Below are positions 27,701 through 36,353 of a stretch of 52,804 nucleotides of DNA, piece after piece. The translations under genes were made by a program, and so were the position numbers. The stretch comes from a virus. Its lineage: Duplodnaviria > Caudoviricetes. The DNA is taken from positions 1-52,804 of IMG/VR virus record IMGVR_UViG_3300030098_003801. One strand, 5' to 3'. The notes beneath the pieces were generated by a model. It made no database searches and was not told the origin of the DNA. It saw only the letters and a list, made by a program, of their open reading frames with translations. Numbering within the stretch: the first letter of the stretch is position 1; every line of letters starts with the position of its first letter.

Positions 27701-28673
27701 TATCTAAGTTGATGGAGTTTTTGCCTTGGATATTGGCGCCAACGGTAGGGTCAACAAAAATAGGGACTGAAATAACCGGGATCGGAATCTCTTGTCCCAA
27801 CTCGTTTGCTTGAGGCCTGTACAGGTCTCGTATCTTCCGTTGCAGCATTGCGGGAGTTTTGGTTCGGCCGTCTTCGTTGATGTACTTCCTATTCAACTCG
27901 GTATCAAGGGCTCCACGGCTGGGCATAAGCCACGATGTCGGGCTGATCCCCGCCATCAACACCGTTTTCTGGGGGCTGGGTGGAAGCCTGTCTGCCAGCT
28001 TCTTGTCGAGGTCTGTGCCCGTAATGGGAACCTGTACACTCTTTCCGGTTGTTTCATCGTAAGCCCGGACGATAGCGATGACCTCGGCGTCCCGCATCTC
28101 CTCCGCTAGTCCTCTGTCTACTTGAGCGTCTAGTGCGGCATCATTGGCAAAGTTCGCACCGATCATCTTGCCCGAGCGGTACGAGCCATCAAGGATGCGG
28201 CGGTATGCAGAGTCCCACACGCTTTGAAAGATGAGGGGGTCAACTTCGGGGTTATTCTTTATGGCCCTGTCGCGAGCGGCGGAGATGTGCTTAATAGCGC
28301 TTTTTTGCCACAACTCGACATCTGGCCGCATCTTCACTTCGGGGTCGGTGCGGGGAAGAAAGTCCTCTGCGGGAATGCTAGTGCCATAGCGCTCTCGATC
28401 AGGAGCATAAAACTGGTGAGACTCGATAAACTCATCCATTTCCACGAAGTCTGCGTCGGGCTGCGAGTCCATCTCGCGCTGCATCGACTGAATGGCGAGC
28501 ACCTCCGGCCTGATTACGATGGGAGGGGCGGCAGGGATGTTTGACAGGCCGGCGGCGGTCGGGTCAAACTGCGCGCTGGCCTCCTCCTCCTCTTGGCCCT
28601 CTTCGATTTCAGCAAGCTCGGCATCGGAAGAGGCGGCAACCTTGGACCCTTTTAGCACATCGGTCTTAGACAT
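21783..28673 (-). CDS. Very large protein (2296 aa), probable internal virion/ejection protein
   Basis: Uninterrupted Ala-rich ORF downstream of the nozzle gene. Confidence 0.7.
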   Translation of the reverse strand: MSKTDVLKGSKVAASSDAELAEIEEGQEEEEASAQFDPTAAGLSNIPAAPPIVIRPEVLAIQSMQREMDSQPDADFVEMDEFIESHQFYAPDRERYGTSIPAEDFLPRTDPEVKMRPDVELWQKSAIKHISAARDRAIKNNPEVDPLIFQSVWDSAYRRILDGSYRSGKMIGANFANDAALDAQVDRGLAEEMRDAEVIAIVRAYDETTGKSVQVPITGTDLDKKLADRLPPSPQKTVLMAGISPTSWLMPSRGALDTELNRKYINEDGRTKTPAMLQRKIRDLYRPQANELGQEIPIPVISVPIFVDPTVGANIQGKNSINLDTVAENTKLSAKSEVTGGRSNAEVREDAMKAYREGSSILDVPRSVADTPEEYAEVVGRVVKDKVQSIVAEEIARIRAELAGQYVFSSNSDSLVDYLEGQTYGGVGEVPYARQVGALSLPVRAIEGKVTGPEGYEKDIADEGGLEFLLGALDKEQLAEAGPTRAVDDLMRVAPTTFQAAPYWQAYKDWLLLNNGEDPKEGRKAYVLKRAGEIAQDPDQLALALATNYDPAGNMLVYAGRIFYPELHEISPVLAGLRGGSPRLAAMLIEPDALQGSFASVGVLGIAGSYIGGRVPRAARIMGRITKAATKLDEAFAGAADAEDLLNRIEALKQSDGTGVFSWVAAQVADSGARKLNGRGAEDIADVVAAENRAYVAAAERVEKSKETLNKAMDGLADAQTAAEKKVSGVLAVDAQVVLKSAEVEEAAAEIRLGQRAIDATLKEDVVTEQAKVLAGLEGAPTASKPLKGDVGTFRGWAAGSPALDPLTDAATLARAAEGDAAAIKTLRNKTNKIASEPPLRSTGVRRADLLKAQSDRLEKLRKLLRNSDLSTDEQTINNILEAAAGDVTVAATKGGPPTTRLRDLISKVEEAQKSRKVRVTPEDQAAGLAAVEEIITTLKGTPAKGEDWLDGATGRLKGVGWKSVAKDAFLGNLLALGELRRFVALAAEYADQFPTAARAAAGSADWAKIVDVIQTNLKSADDQVRAATGALVEAENKLKISERLSEVLAEGPPRSSLLTGTNDLLEAMQETASALRGAAETLTTPEGQRLAKELFYQGGKVTGEIMAAEPEKTAALLEIATKTSDPLAVLAGSGDAGRRIAMSFLALAESGEAQLRGYRQIWNSFSQMKNKYLTSGGKYGSLAEFFTDPLFITQQGLRLVADLVEMSGLATTRVGVLGGRFAARLQEIGNGTAREASAWMGDLGMIAKHFSGKAESGAPLAKAKAVEFVGTQNRIELGGPRKNVDIGSNQLGGDLNQNILNLAIEGWADVGRTFVKPKKGLESEELTKIYSEKSESMFAFVASFVREAVDAGPAKRVGNATVTFGRWLNKPSKADETITNSQAILRTADPEERLRMLANGAIDSLIKNGVGKFTRGPIDDLPGAVLTVENKTFGLMLDNIVGGATEFEFAKRAANFAGPNVGIRNLRAMESRIGRPEAGAEGKSVLPRRETIEVGDRVVLRSDQRWEGAPDRGIDPVRRVLAGKPVEGEGLEKTRGAFEDVEGATRGPQFGLESAEATEFPLSLEVLKIEKKGKRTVVTVMDVFGETSVYNLDDLSRFGAELSTLDLIDGYLVYGLNLMRDVDIPGKNVLDWLRPRDRYVRFVLHSYDEAGNPRIIPKVELGAWAKELANNAKKLDITLSGKRATNPLAAAIGQTFRGALSWWKQSVLFGISGLRSVAFFLTNAQGDFERMAIQVGYREAAQLSMYGTLGWVPMIGPMVQDVARSTTAAASKVTGKLPGVPEPTIFGSQYNAVLDDVLSGVNETRTYFNSRGEAFTINPREFMREARRAGVNEDYLRSESLRELRIAADQEFRGMIPALGASRKGATPAQLYRDWFDILRTTSAVATRRQKLMLFMHLRFNKGMDTSKATDAMNSSIFDYTLSTSPFEAAVLTQWSAFYTYKKNALLNDAVNFLSFDRQLARHLTNKMVFGTRYKRARALFHMETILRPRQDVAGKVVMTLEGAEPPLEKRPGIYKTPDYLTNVMLTQRGALSLDQQRRMIEEGSTPTAFSIGHGAPWAVAQNMNTFALMQKTIIGGLAAAFVGDLHFNSTQAKRDLSGAFLDTLFPTHQSILGSTVKQAFGVYVPRKKETRTLKESEVAFIRMFGLEGLMEKRGEKYVSSSPFVVNGLFDPLAWAGKETEYAGLLLTTIFGEMPLTPEEVKVKQQVYEPGFPLKIEELGIDFDKYKDTGPAGIRIAAADELAKVTYINMFNPTRNISWELQQAQYTHKRRKAAMQGRSDLAESDYKAEKKEESE

Positions 28674-28681
28674 GGGGGCTC

Positions 28682-29515
28682 CTAAGTTGCGTCAGCGTGC
28701 AGGGGAAGTGCCGTCAGATTGGCCTTGGAATAGGTAAATCCGCTCTCAAACATCGGAAAAAACCCATCCAGCGGGCCCACGTAAAGAGGGGACGGGTCTG
28801 CAACAAGGCGAACCTTAATCAACTTATCCCCGTCGGGGATGTCCGAGGCTTTGATTACGGTGCGGATGGCCACGTCCTGATGGGTTCGGTTATCCCTGTT
28901 GGCGGATTCATTGCCCGTATTGAGTCCCGTGTAGTTAGGGGCGTCGATGGCGATGGTCACTCGCGGAGAGAGAGAGCGGCGAGTGCGCCTAAGAATAATG
29001 GTGTCCGAAGTCGTTTCAATCTCAATATAGAACTTTCCCCAGCAGACATCTTCATTTGGGCAATCGCGCGCCCTTTCGCGGTCTGCGAGCGACGAGCCGC
29101 CCCCAGTCGCAGGCAGGCCCCTGTCCGCGTCTTCGTTCCAGCGCACATTAAACTCCTCCACCACAACATTTGCCAACACTATGACTGCGCCGACATTTTG
29201 CTGGTCTTCTCTCATTCCTATTTCAAAAGCGGAGTCTCCGAAGTCAACCTCACACACCACCGTCGGGGACGTAATAGAAACTGTGGAGGAAAAGTCGCCG
29301 TTCCTCTCTGTCGTAATGCTGGGCAGCGTGTCCGCCGTCACCTCTGAACTGTGGATCATGCGCGGCACAAGGTTGTGCCGAAAGCAGCCTAACGCAAAAG
29401 ACTCGGTGTCCAGCGTGTTCAGGCCCACGTCGGGGCCCGTGAGAGGAGCGAACCTGTCCTGTAGTTCGTTTGCGTTAAAAGCGGTGCCCGTTTTAAGGTA
29501 CTTATATTCCGACAT
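28682..29515 (-). CDS. Putative tail-associated protein, 277 aa
   Basis: Coupled ORF in the tail module. Confidence 0.65.
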   Translation of the reverse strand: MSEYKYLKTGTAFNANELQDRFAPLTGPDVGLNTLDTESFALGCFRHNLVPRMIHSSEVTADTLPSITTERNGDFSSTVSITSPTVVCEVDFGDSAFEIGMREDQQNVGAVIVLANVVVEEFNVRWNEDADRGLPATGGGSSLADRERARDCPNEDVCWGKFYIEIETTSDTIILRRTRRSLSPRVTIAIDAPNYTGLNTGNESANRDNRTHQDVAIRTVIKASDIPDGDKLIKVRLVADPSPLYVGPLDGFFPMFESGFTYSKANLTALPLHADAT

Positions 29516-30261
29516 CAGCGGCGCATCTCCAAGGCAAAGATTTCGCGGGAAGAAATGGAAGCCCGAGGGACGCCCTCCGACGCCCAGTTGTACCCCCGGA
29601 CGCTCATTACGGTCAGTTCGAGCTTGTGGGGGCCCGGAGAGAGTTCGAGCATCGCATCAACCACCACCGGCAAGCGCGCCCCGGAGAGCCCGCCGCCGCC
29701 GTAGGGTGTGGCCTGCGCAGCTATGAGGCTGGGGTTCTTTTTTGCCGCCCTATTTTCGGGTCCGCGGAAGAAGTCGGTTTGGGGGTCACCGCTTCCCAGC
29801 AGCGAGTCGTAGATCACTGTGCCGTCAAGTTTTAGTGCCACCAAAAAGCCGAAGCCTTTCTGAAACTTCTCCAGAGAACTTCTGCTTGTACCGTAGGTGG
29901 CCATGATCTGAAATGATGCGCAGAGCCACGTCATCGCCCCTCGAGACACGAACTCCAACACGGCCCCGTCAGAGTCAAAAGTCTGCCACCCATCGGTCTG
30001 CTGAATCCTCAACCAATCAGAGTTAACGGGCGAGGTCACTTCGTTAGACACCGCCTTTGAACTTGTGTGCAGGCGAAATGCGGCCCCGGCGTCGAGTTGA
30101 AGCCGAGAAAGGGGAACCTCTCCACCCTCTTCGCTATTGAAGTTATGTTCATTCAGGGTGCCTGAGATTTCGCTGACAACACTCAACAAGTTGTCGTTGA
30201 TTGGGTCAATGTCTACCACATAGCCGGAGCGGATGTCGAACTTCGGGTACTTCCACGCCAT
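29515..30261 (-). CDS. Putative tail-associated protein, 248 aa
   Basis: Coupled ORF; C-terminal beta-sandwich-like pattern LKLDG...LSPGPHKLEL. Confidence 0.65.
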   Translation of the reverse strand: MAWKYPKFDIRSGYVVDIDPINDNLLSVVSEISGTLNEHNFNSEEGGEVPLSRLQLDAGAAFRLHTSSKAVSNEVTSPVNSDWLRIQQTDGWQTFDSDGAVLEFVSRGAMTWLCASFQIMATYGTSRSSLEKFQKGFGFLVALKLDGTVIYDSLLGSGDPQTDFFRGPENRAAKKNPSLIAAQATPYGGGGLSGARLPVVVDAMLELSPGPHKLELTVMSVRGYNWASEGVPRASISSREIFALEMRR

Positions 30262-30263
30262 GT

Positions 30264-32630
30264 TTACCTCGTTGGTAGCTGTGCATTTCCGAATGTGCGG
30301 GGACTGGCATCGAATGAAAGCCCAATAAACTCCCAGAAGCCCGTGCCCCTGATGCGTAGTTTAACCACTTCGGCGGAAGGAAGATAGATTTGAGCCCGAG
30401 TCCAGTATGGGCGTCGGCGTCGAAACTTAGCCTCCGGGTCGCCGAGGGCCGCATCGCCCCAGAGAGGGGGCGGGTCAACGGTGCTGTACCGGGCGACCTG
30501 CACGGTCTCCACGACATCCTCCCGCCAGTCCCGCATGACCTCGATGTTGACCGCAGAGTTTTCAGTTTCCCGAAACCACAGGTAGGCAGTAGGGATTGTT
30601 TCTTTCTTCTTAGAGTTAATCCCCTCCATCCATACGGTTTCAATCACAGCCTCTCTCGCGTCGGCAACCGCGCGGATAGCCCCATCTTCCCGCGAGGGGG
30701 GATGGTCAAGAAGGTAGACCCCGTCGCTCCCCGTCTGCCCCGTGATGCTCCCGGCGCCAAGCATGTAGTTCCGATGGTCATCTGTGAGGCACACGTCGCG
30801 GGGAGAAAAATCGGTGCGCGTCCGCCACTTTCCGCCAGTCATTACAAGACAGAGGTTGTTCTCTTTGGACCCGTCAGTTGAAACCCAGCAGCGGTACTCG
30901 CCCGTGTGCCGGTCATACGCCGAGCACGCCTGCTTGAGTCTCGACAAGGTGAAGCGCTTAAATAGGCGGTTCAGAGGGGCGGAGGCAAAAGAGATGGTCT
31001 GCCCGTCAAAAGAGTAAAACCCGTTGCTGCCCAACCAGACCACGCTCCCATCACCCATCGTCTGGATGGAGTTGGGGGCAACGCAGCCCACCTCTTGCGA
31101 TAACGGTGCCGCGGCAAAGTCATCACCCCTATCGAGAGCCGTGATCAAAAACGTGCTGGAGGAGGTGAATGCGAGGAGTCCGCGAGGGGAGCGCCACATG
31201 CCAGTGATCTCCCCACCAGTCGCGTCGGGGAAGATAACGTCGCCAGCTTGAAAGGTGCCCCACGCGCCGGGCTGGGAGAACCGGATCAGCCCCTCATTAT
31301 CCACCTCATTCGCAATAAAGAGGCGACCAAACGCGGCGCGGCAGAGGCGAAACTGCGGGACAGGAATAATGTCCAGCATTTTACTGCCAAGATACCCGTC
31401 AGACATGTTGTCTGGGTACATCGTGGATACGTTGTCCTGTAGTGTGGCAAACGTAGAGAACGTGGCGGACGTGTTCTGCGGAACTGTGTAGTAGTTGCCG
31501 TCACCCGAGTTGATCAGGTCTTTAGTCCGGTACAGGTTGCGGCCGACACAATGGTCTGGTCCTGTAGGGATCCCCGTCCAAGCGATCTGAAACTTGAGGT
31601 GCTCCGGGGACATCGAAGGATTGTCAGCCGGATCGGTAATATCGGCCTTGCCCCGAACCTCTATAAGCGTACCCTGTCTGGAGCAGGCTACGGGGGCGCT
31701 TGGCTCTGATGCGGCGGAAAGGTTTCCAAATACATCGATGTACTGCACTCTCGCGCGCCACTCTCCGGCGTCGAGCATGCCATCTTTGAACTTGGCGTTA
31801 CCGGTTCCCGCAATGTAATCGTTGACGGTTCCGATTCGCGACTTGCCAAAGCCATGCTCCATGCCCGAAGGGTTGAACTGCTTCCTGCACGCCCAGAGAC
31901 CTGTGTGTGCGTAGCCTGTATCGTTGGTCCCCGACACATCACCAGAAAGGTTGATTCCGCCTACCGAATCCTCCGGCCCGAGGCACTGCGGCGAGGCTGG
32001 CTTCTCGGCAAAACCTAGAGGGGCGATGATGTGGCCGTCATAAAAGTAAGCCCGGCCCTCTTGTGGGACGATAACAACGCCGTTGCCCATAGTCTCAAAC
32101 TGCGTAGGAAACCGGGGGCTGTCATCATCCTCTAGCTCGGCCGCCAACCCATGGGGGCCTGCCGGGTTGGAAAGTAGGCGGCGCCAGTCACGCTTCCATC
32201 CGCGAAACTCCCACAACTCATTGCCCGTATGTAGTAGAAGCACATCGCGCTCGCCGTTCTGAAGCAGCGCGTGATGGATGCCGTGCTGAAGCTTCCCGTA
32301 GACAGGGTCGGCAGGATTACATACAGACAGAGAGGTTCCGAAGAAAAACTTTTCGCTTGCGTAGGCAAAGTTCTTCGCCGATCGAGGCTGCTGCCCAGCG
32401 ACCCCTTCTGGGGTAGCGCCCGGACCCGTTTCGAGCCCAAAGATTGTATTCTTCGCGGGGACATAAGTAGCCGGGCCCCAAACGGTGCGCAGCGTACCCT
32501 CTTCGAGACCATACATGTTGGTGATCTCTTGGGCGATGTCGTTCGATAGGATTAGGCCATCATCTTGCCCACGCAGAAATAGCGCAGAGCCGGAGCCCGA
32601 AACCTCGCGACGCTTGCGCAGGTAGGCCAT
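30264..32630 (-). CDS. Tail nozzle/stabilisation protein (P22 gp10/T7 gp12-like)
   Basis: 788 aa; GRLFIA, IRFSQPG, GGEITG, VGCVAPNSI, VWLGSNGFYSFDG; follows the adaptor gene. Confidence 0.75.
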   Translation of the reverse strand: MAYLRKRREVSGSGSALFLRGQDDGLILSNDIAQEITNMYGLEEGTLRTVWGPATYVPAKNTIFGLETGPGATPEGVAGQQPRSAKNFAYASEKFFFGTSLSVCNPADPVYGKLQHGIHHALLQNGERDVLLLHTGNELWEFRGWKRDWRRLLSNPAGPHGLAAELEDDDSPRFPTQFETMGNGVVIVPQEGRAYFYDGHIIAPLGFAEKPASPQCLGPEDSVGGINLSGDVSGTNDTGYAHTGLWACRKQFNPSGMEHGFGKSRIGTVNDYIAGTGNAKFKDGMLDAGEWRARVQYIDVFGNLSAASEPSAPVACSRQGTLIEVRGKADITDPADNPSMSPEHLKFQIAWTGIPTGPDHCVGRNLYRTKDLINSGDGNYYTVPQNTSATFSTFATLQDNVSTMYPDNMSDGYLGSKMLDIIPVPQFRLCRAAFGRLFIANEVDNEGLIRFSQPGAWGTFQAGDVIFPDATGGEITGMWRSPRGLLAFTSSSTFLITALDRGDDFAAAPLSQEVGCVAPNSIQTMGDGSVVWLGSNGFYSFDGQTISFASAPLNRLFKRFTLSRLKQACSAYDRHTGEYRCWVSTDGSKENNLCLVMTGGKWRTRTDFSPRDVCLTDDHRNYMLGAGSITGQTGSDGVYLLDHPPSREDGAIRAVADAREAVIETVWMEGINSKKKETIPTAYLWFRETENSAVNIEVMRDWREDVVETVQVARYSTVDPPPLWGDAALGDPEAKFRRRRPYWTRAQIYLPSAEVVKLRIRGTGFWEFIGLSFDASPRTFGNAQLPTR

Positions 32631-32633
32631 CGG

Positions 32634-32870
32634 TCAGCCCTTCTTCTTTGGGCGTCCCACGCTTGGAGAGGCCGGACGACCGATCAGCCTAAACTGTTCC
32701 CATCGCTCGGAGCCGCCTTGAACCAACTCGGGAGCAAAGCCCGTGGCCAGCATCGTACCAGACTGCTCTCCACTCGGCTTCGTCGTAATGGACACAAGGG
32801 TGCCCTGCATGACTCTGTTAGCCGAATCCGTCCACTCGTATACGCCACCGCAAATCATAGGTGTGCTCAT
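32634..32870 (-). CDS. Hypothetical protein, 78 aa
   Basis: ATGA overlap with the adaptor gene; ends GRPKKKG. Confidence 0.6.
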   Translation of the reverse strand: MSTPMICGGVYEWTDSANRVMQGTLVSITTKPSGEQSGTMLATGFAPELVQGGSERWEQFRLIGRPASPSVGRPKKKG

Positions 32871-34762
32871 TCTACAACGCCTCCCAAGTCGTCTGTTGAC
32901 AGTCTGCGGTTCCACCTGCGGTTCGTGCGAACTCCGGTGGCCCGTGTCATTGACCGTAACACAGGAACAGAGGGAGGGCGAAGGTCGCCGTATCTTTTTG
33001 AGAGCGTGAGCAGAAGCTCGGTGTAGCGTGCGGCGCTGTACTCGGACCTTCCTGTTTGGCCCATGTTCTCGTACAGGTACACCATCGCTTTCTCGATGAG
33101 CACATTGACAGCCTCGGCGTGAACCAAGGGCGCATCACGGTCATCTTCCAGCTTCGTCGGGCGCGTTACGGCGCGGATGTCAATCGCGTAACGTCTGTCC
33201 GGCTTCGGGTAAAACTGCATCGTCTGGTAGCCGTGGATGTCCCGAAGGCGGCGACTGTAATCAGGAAGAAACTCTCCGTTGTCGTACCAAACACTCTTGT
33301 TCGAGCTATCGGCCCGGAACTCCGAGAGCAGGTAGAACGAGTCCGCGCTATCCAACTGCGCGTGCTGGAGCCCGTCTACAGCGTTGGGCAGGCGGTCGTA
33401 GTCTGCCAAGTTCACATCGACCCGGCGCCGATAGATGCGGATGTAGATGCCGCTTTGGTCTAGGGACTGCCGGCTGACTCCCGTGCTCTTGATCATGTAG
33501 CCCAGAGCGTAAGTGATGTTAGGGAGCGAGAGCTTGATGGCGGAGAAGTCATCCCCAACCTTGACGTTCGTCATAGCGTTTGATGCCGAAGAGGGCGGCG
33601 ACTCAAAGCGGGGCGTCCTGAAGCGGTTGCGTGAGGACGAGTCTCCTGAAGCCACGCTGCTGGTAGCGGGGTTCGAGGGGAACGTCGTGGCCTCTGTGAT
33701 GTCCAGTGGGCGGCCGAAGCCCTCCCAGTGTCCCAAGCCCGGAAGCTCGAACTCTACATCCCGCTTGCCCCAAGTGTAGGTGACCTTGTACTCAAAGGTT
33801 CCGACCGGCTCTGGGCCCAGCCAAGAAACATCCACGCTCGTGGTCGAGGGGTTCGACTCGAGGGGCGTCGAGGTTGGCTCATCTCCCCGAGTGTCAATCT
33901 GGATGTAGTTGTTGTCGTATGTCGAGCGCCCCTCGGGCTTATTCTGGGCTGTTGAGCCCTCTCGAGAGATGCTTACAGTTTCAAGGTTTTTGTTTGTCAG
34001 GGCGGCCGAGGCTACTGGAGCCACGCTGGGGCCCTGCATGTGAACGTGCTGCCTGCGGAAAATGACCCGAGGAATGCCGCTCGTGATTTGCGAAGGAGGA
34101 CCGTCAAGCTGGAGGGCCTCCGCCTCCTGCTGGCCCACCACTTCGAGGGGATAGTTGTTGGTGTTATCCCTAAGCCGCGCGGAGTTTAGTTGGATCAGGT
34201 CATCGGGCAGAGAGTAGGCGTCAGTAAAGATGCGGTACTTAAAGCCTTTAATGCCGTCGTCGTCAGGGCTTAGGCCATCACCAAAGGTGTCGGTGTCCCA
34301 CGGGCGAACCAGTGTCATGTGGTACGTGCCCGAGTTGTTCCAGACCGAGCGGATCTGGTTGCGAATGAGTGTCCCGTCATGGGCGGTGATTTCAATCATA
34401 CGGCCGTCCCATGAGCGGTCGTACTTCCACACATTCAGCTTAGTCGGCGATGCCGTAGCCTGCGCATGGGTGAACGTCGCCTCCCAAGTCCAAGGGTCTC
34501 GGCTTGTAGGCGACAGTGGGAGGGTGTTTGTGCCCGACAACTGGATGCGGTCAGGAACACCTGTGAGCCCCCCTAGCGACTCGACATCTGGCTCGGTCGC
34601 TAGGTGGACTTTGGACTCAAAGAAGAGAAACGGAGCTTCCAAGGCCAACTGATTGTAGGCCCGGTTAATGAAGCCGTTAACGCGAGATGTCGCTTCAGGG
34701 GACTGGGTTGGAGCCCAATCCGCCTGAGCGAACATCGCGTTCCGAATCTCCTTGAGATTCAT
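32867..34762 (-). CDS. Head-tail adaptor (P22 gp4/T7 gp11-like) with large insertions
   Basis: MNLKEIR, FINRAYNQL, YSLPDD, FYPKPD, DRDAPLV; follows the capsid genes. Confidence 0.7.
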   Translation of the reverse strand: MNLKEIRNAMFAQADWAPTQSPEATSRVNGFINRAYNQLALEAPFLFFESKVHLATEPDVESLGGLTGVPDRIQLSGTNTLPLSPTSRDPWTWEATFTHAQATASPTKLNVWKYDRSWDGRMIEITAHDGTLIRNQIRSVWNNSGTYHMTLVRPWDTDTFGDGLSPDDDGIKGFKYRIFTDAYSLPDDLIQLNSARLRDNTNNYPLEVVGQQEAEALQLDGPPSQITSGIPRVIFRRQHVHMQGPSVAPVASAALTNKNLETVSISREGSTAQNKPEGRSTYDNNYIQIDTRGDEPTSTPLESNPSTTSVDVSWLGPEPVGTFEYKVTYTWGKRDVEFELPGLGHWEGFGRPLDITEATTFPSNPATSSVASGDSSSRNRFRTPRFESPPSSASNAMTNVKVGDDFSAIKLSLPNITYALGYMIKSTGVSRQSLDQSGIYIRIYRRRVDVNLADYDRLPNAVDGLQHAQLDSADSFYLLSEFRADSSNKSVWYDNGEFLPDYSRRLRDIHGYQTMQFYPKPDRRYAIDIRAVTRPTKLEDDRDAPLVHAEAVNVLIEKAMVYLYENMGQTGRSEYSAARYTELLLTLSKRYGDLRPPSVPVLRSMTRATGVRTNRRWNRRLSTDDLGGVVE

Positions 34763-34765
34763 CTA

Positions 34766-35257
34766 CTAGCCCGTGCAATAGATCATTGCGGTACCATAGT
34801 TGCCACCGCCGATCGTGGCGTCAGTCGCCCCGAGCGTCAACTGGTGACCAATGTTGGCCCCGACCAGAGCATCCGAGTTCATGGCGTTGTCTGTAGCAAT
34901 ACCCGATCCTGCGGACGTGATCTGCGCACCCACTGCCGGGGCAGAGGTAGAACTGGTTGAGATGATTGGGCAGTAACCCTTAGCGAGAACAAACCCGTAA
35001 GAACCACTTGCGATAGTCACTTGTGCGACTCCGAAGGTCTTGTTCGCTTCCAAGTTAGCGGCGGTAACCACTCCCAAGTAAGGCGTAACCCCAGACTGGC
35101 CCACAATCTCACCCGGAGCCACGGCCCCTGCGGTTTTAATGTAGACGTACTCGGCAACCCCGTTGTCCCCTTGGGGAACTGTGAGGCGGAAGCCCAGAGG
35201 GGCCTGCTGCGTAGTGGTGACTGTGGTATGCGAAATACCTGCTGCTGTGAAACCCAT
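34766..35257 (-). CDS. Putative capsid decoration/cement protein
   Basis: Directly after the capsid gene; EYVYIK...GVAQVTIASGSYGFV. Confidence 0.65.
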   Translation of the reverse strand: MGFTAAGISHTTVTTTQQAPLGFRLTVPQGDNGVAEYVYIKTAGAVAPGEIVGQSGVTPYLGVVTAANLEANKTFGVAQVTIASGSYGFVLAKGYCPIISTSSTSAPAVGAQITSAGSGIATDNAMNSDALVGANIGHQLTLGATDATIGGGNYGTAMIYCTG

Positions 35258-35267
35258 GAGATCCTCC

Positions 35268-36353
35268 TTATGGGGTGCCGGCGCCGGTGACGACGAAGTT
35301 GGAGCGAAGCTGCGTGGTGTGAATGCCCATCATGAGCACCAACTCGTAGCGGAAGATGTCTTGGTCGGGGATACGGAACGGTCCACGGAGAGCGAAGTCG
35401 CCCTTCGTTTCCACGTTGGCATCGTGGCCAAGAGTGAACAGGTGCCAAGTCGGAGTCTTGAGACCGTAGATGATCCCGTCCTGACCGGCGGTGATGTCAC
35501 CAGCGGTGAACTTCGTGCTGGTCACGTCGATGGCGTCATCGAGGTAGAAGTCAGCATCGAGGAACTTCACGCCCTGACGAACCAGAGGCGGAGCCTTGTC
35601 ACCTTCAACCTTGACCACGCGGACCTGATCGTCCAAGTCGTCGATGTAGTTGAGGTAAGAAGCCTCATCACCAATCATCAGGTCAACAGGACCAGCGGTC
35701 TTGCCCTGACGCGAAGCGGCGAAGTACGCCTTACGCATCTGGCTGCGACCGTTCACTGCGAACGACGAGATGTCTTGGTACTGGTTGTTCCAACCTGCGA
35801 TGGGAGTTGCGGCGCCGGAGCAGCCAAGCCCGTGGACGGTGTGGGGCGAAGAAGCCGACAACTGAAGGATGCCGTCGCGAGCCGTTCCATCAGGAGTGAA
35901 GCTGGCGTTGCCGTTCAGAGTGGCGAAGCCGCCGACCTGACTGCCGTCGCCGGTGCCAAGCTGACGAGAGATCCGCTCGTGGAAGTCGGACAGAGCCAAC
36001 TCGGGGTAGTGCTGAAGGATGCGAGCGAGGTCCATCTCGCCGTTGGCCTCGGCCAAGTCCTTGCCGGGCACGTCGAACGCATAGATGAGACGCGGAGCAA
36101 CCACGTTTCCTCGGTGTGCATTCTGCGAGCGCCCACCTGCGATAACCTCGGATCCGGTATCGACTTGCGTCACAGTACCGGGACCGTCGGTCACGACAGC
36201 GAACTCACGCTTCGGGCCCTTCAGAGCATCGCGGGACAGGTTCCCGTTCTGCATAACTTTTTCCATCAGGGGATGGAACTTGACAAACATTTCGCTGTAG
36301 GACGGCATCAACTCATTAAGCGCCGTCGCTAGAACGTCTGGTGAAATAGCCAT
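35268..36353 (-). CDS. Major capsid protein
   Basis: 361 aa; follows the scaffold-like gene; size and position fit an HK97-fold capsid. Confidence 0.8.
   Translation of the reverse strand: MAISPDVLATALNELMPSYSEMFVKFHPLMEKVMQNGNLSRDALKGPKREFAVVTDGPGTVTQVDTGSEVIAGGRSQNAHRGNVVAPRLIYAFDVPGKDLAEANGEMDLARILQHYPELALSDFHERISRQLGTGDGSQVGGFATLNGNASFTPDGTARDGILQLSASSPHTVHGLGCSGAATPIAGWNNQYQDISSFAVNGRSQMRKAYFAASRQGKTAGPVDLMIGDEASYLNYIDDLDDQVRVVKVEGDKAPPLVRQGVKFLDADFYLDDAIDVTSTKFTAGDITAGQDGIIYGLKTPTWHLFTLGHDANVETKGDFALRGPFRIPDQDIFRYELVLMMGIHTTQLRSNFVVTGAGTP

Noticed and set aside
21783-28673. Virion RNA polymerase (N4- or crAss-like)
   Set aside because: No polymerase catalytic motif seen; cannot be fully excluded without a structure search
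35163-36332. Long antisense ORFs, e.g. opposite the capsid gene and 955-1935 on the - strand
   Set aside because: Expected shadow ORFs of GC-rich coding sequence, with no recognisable motifs
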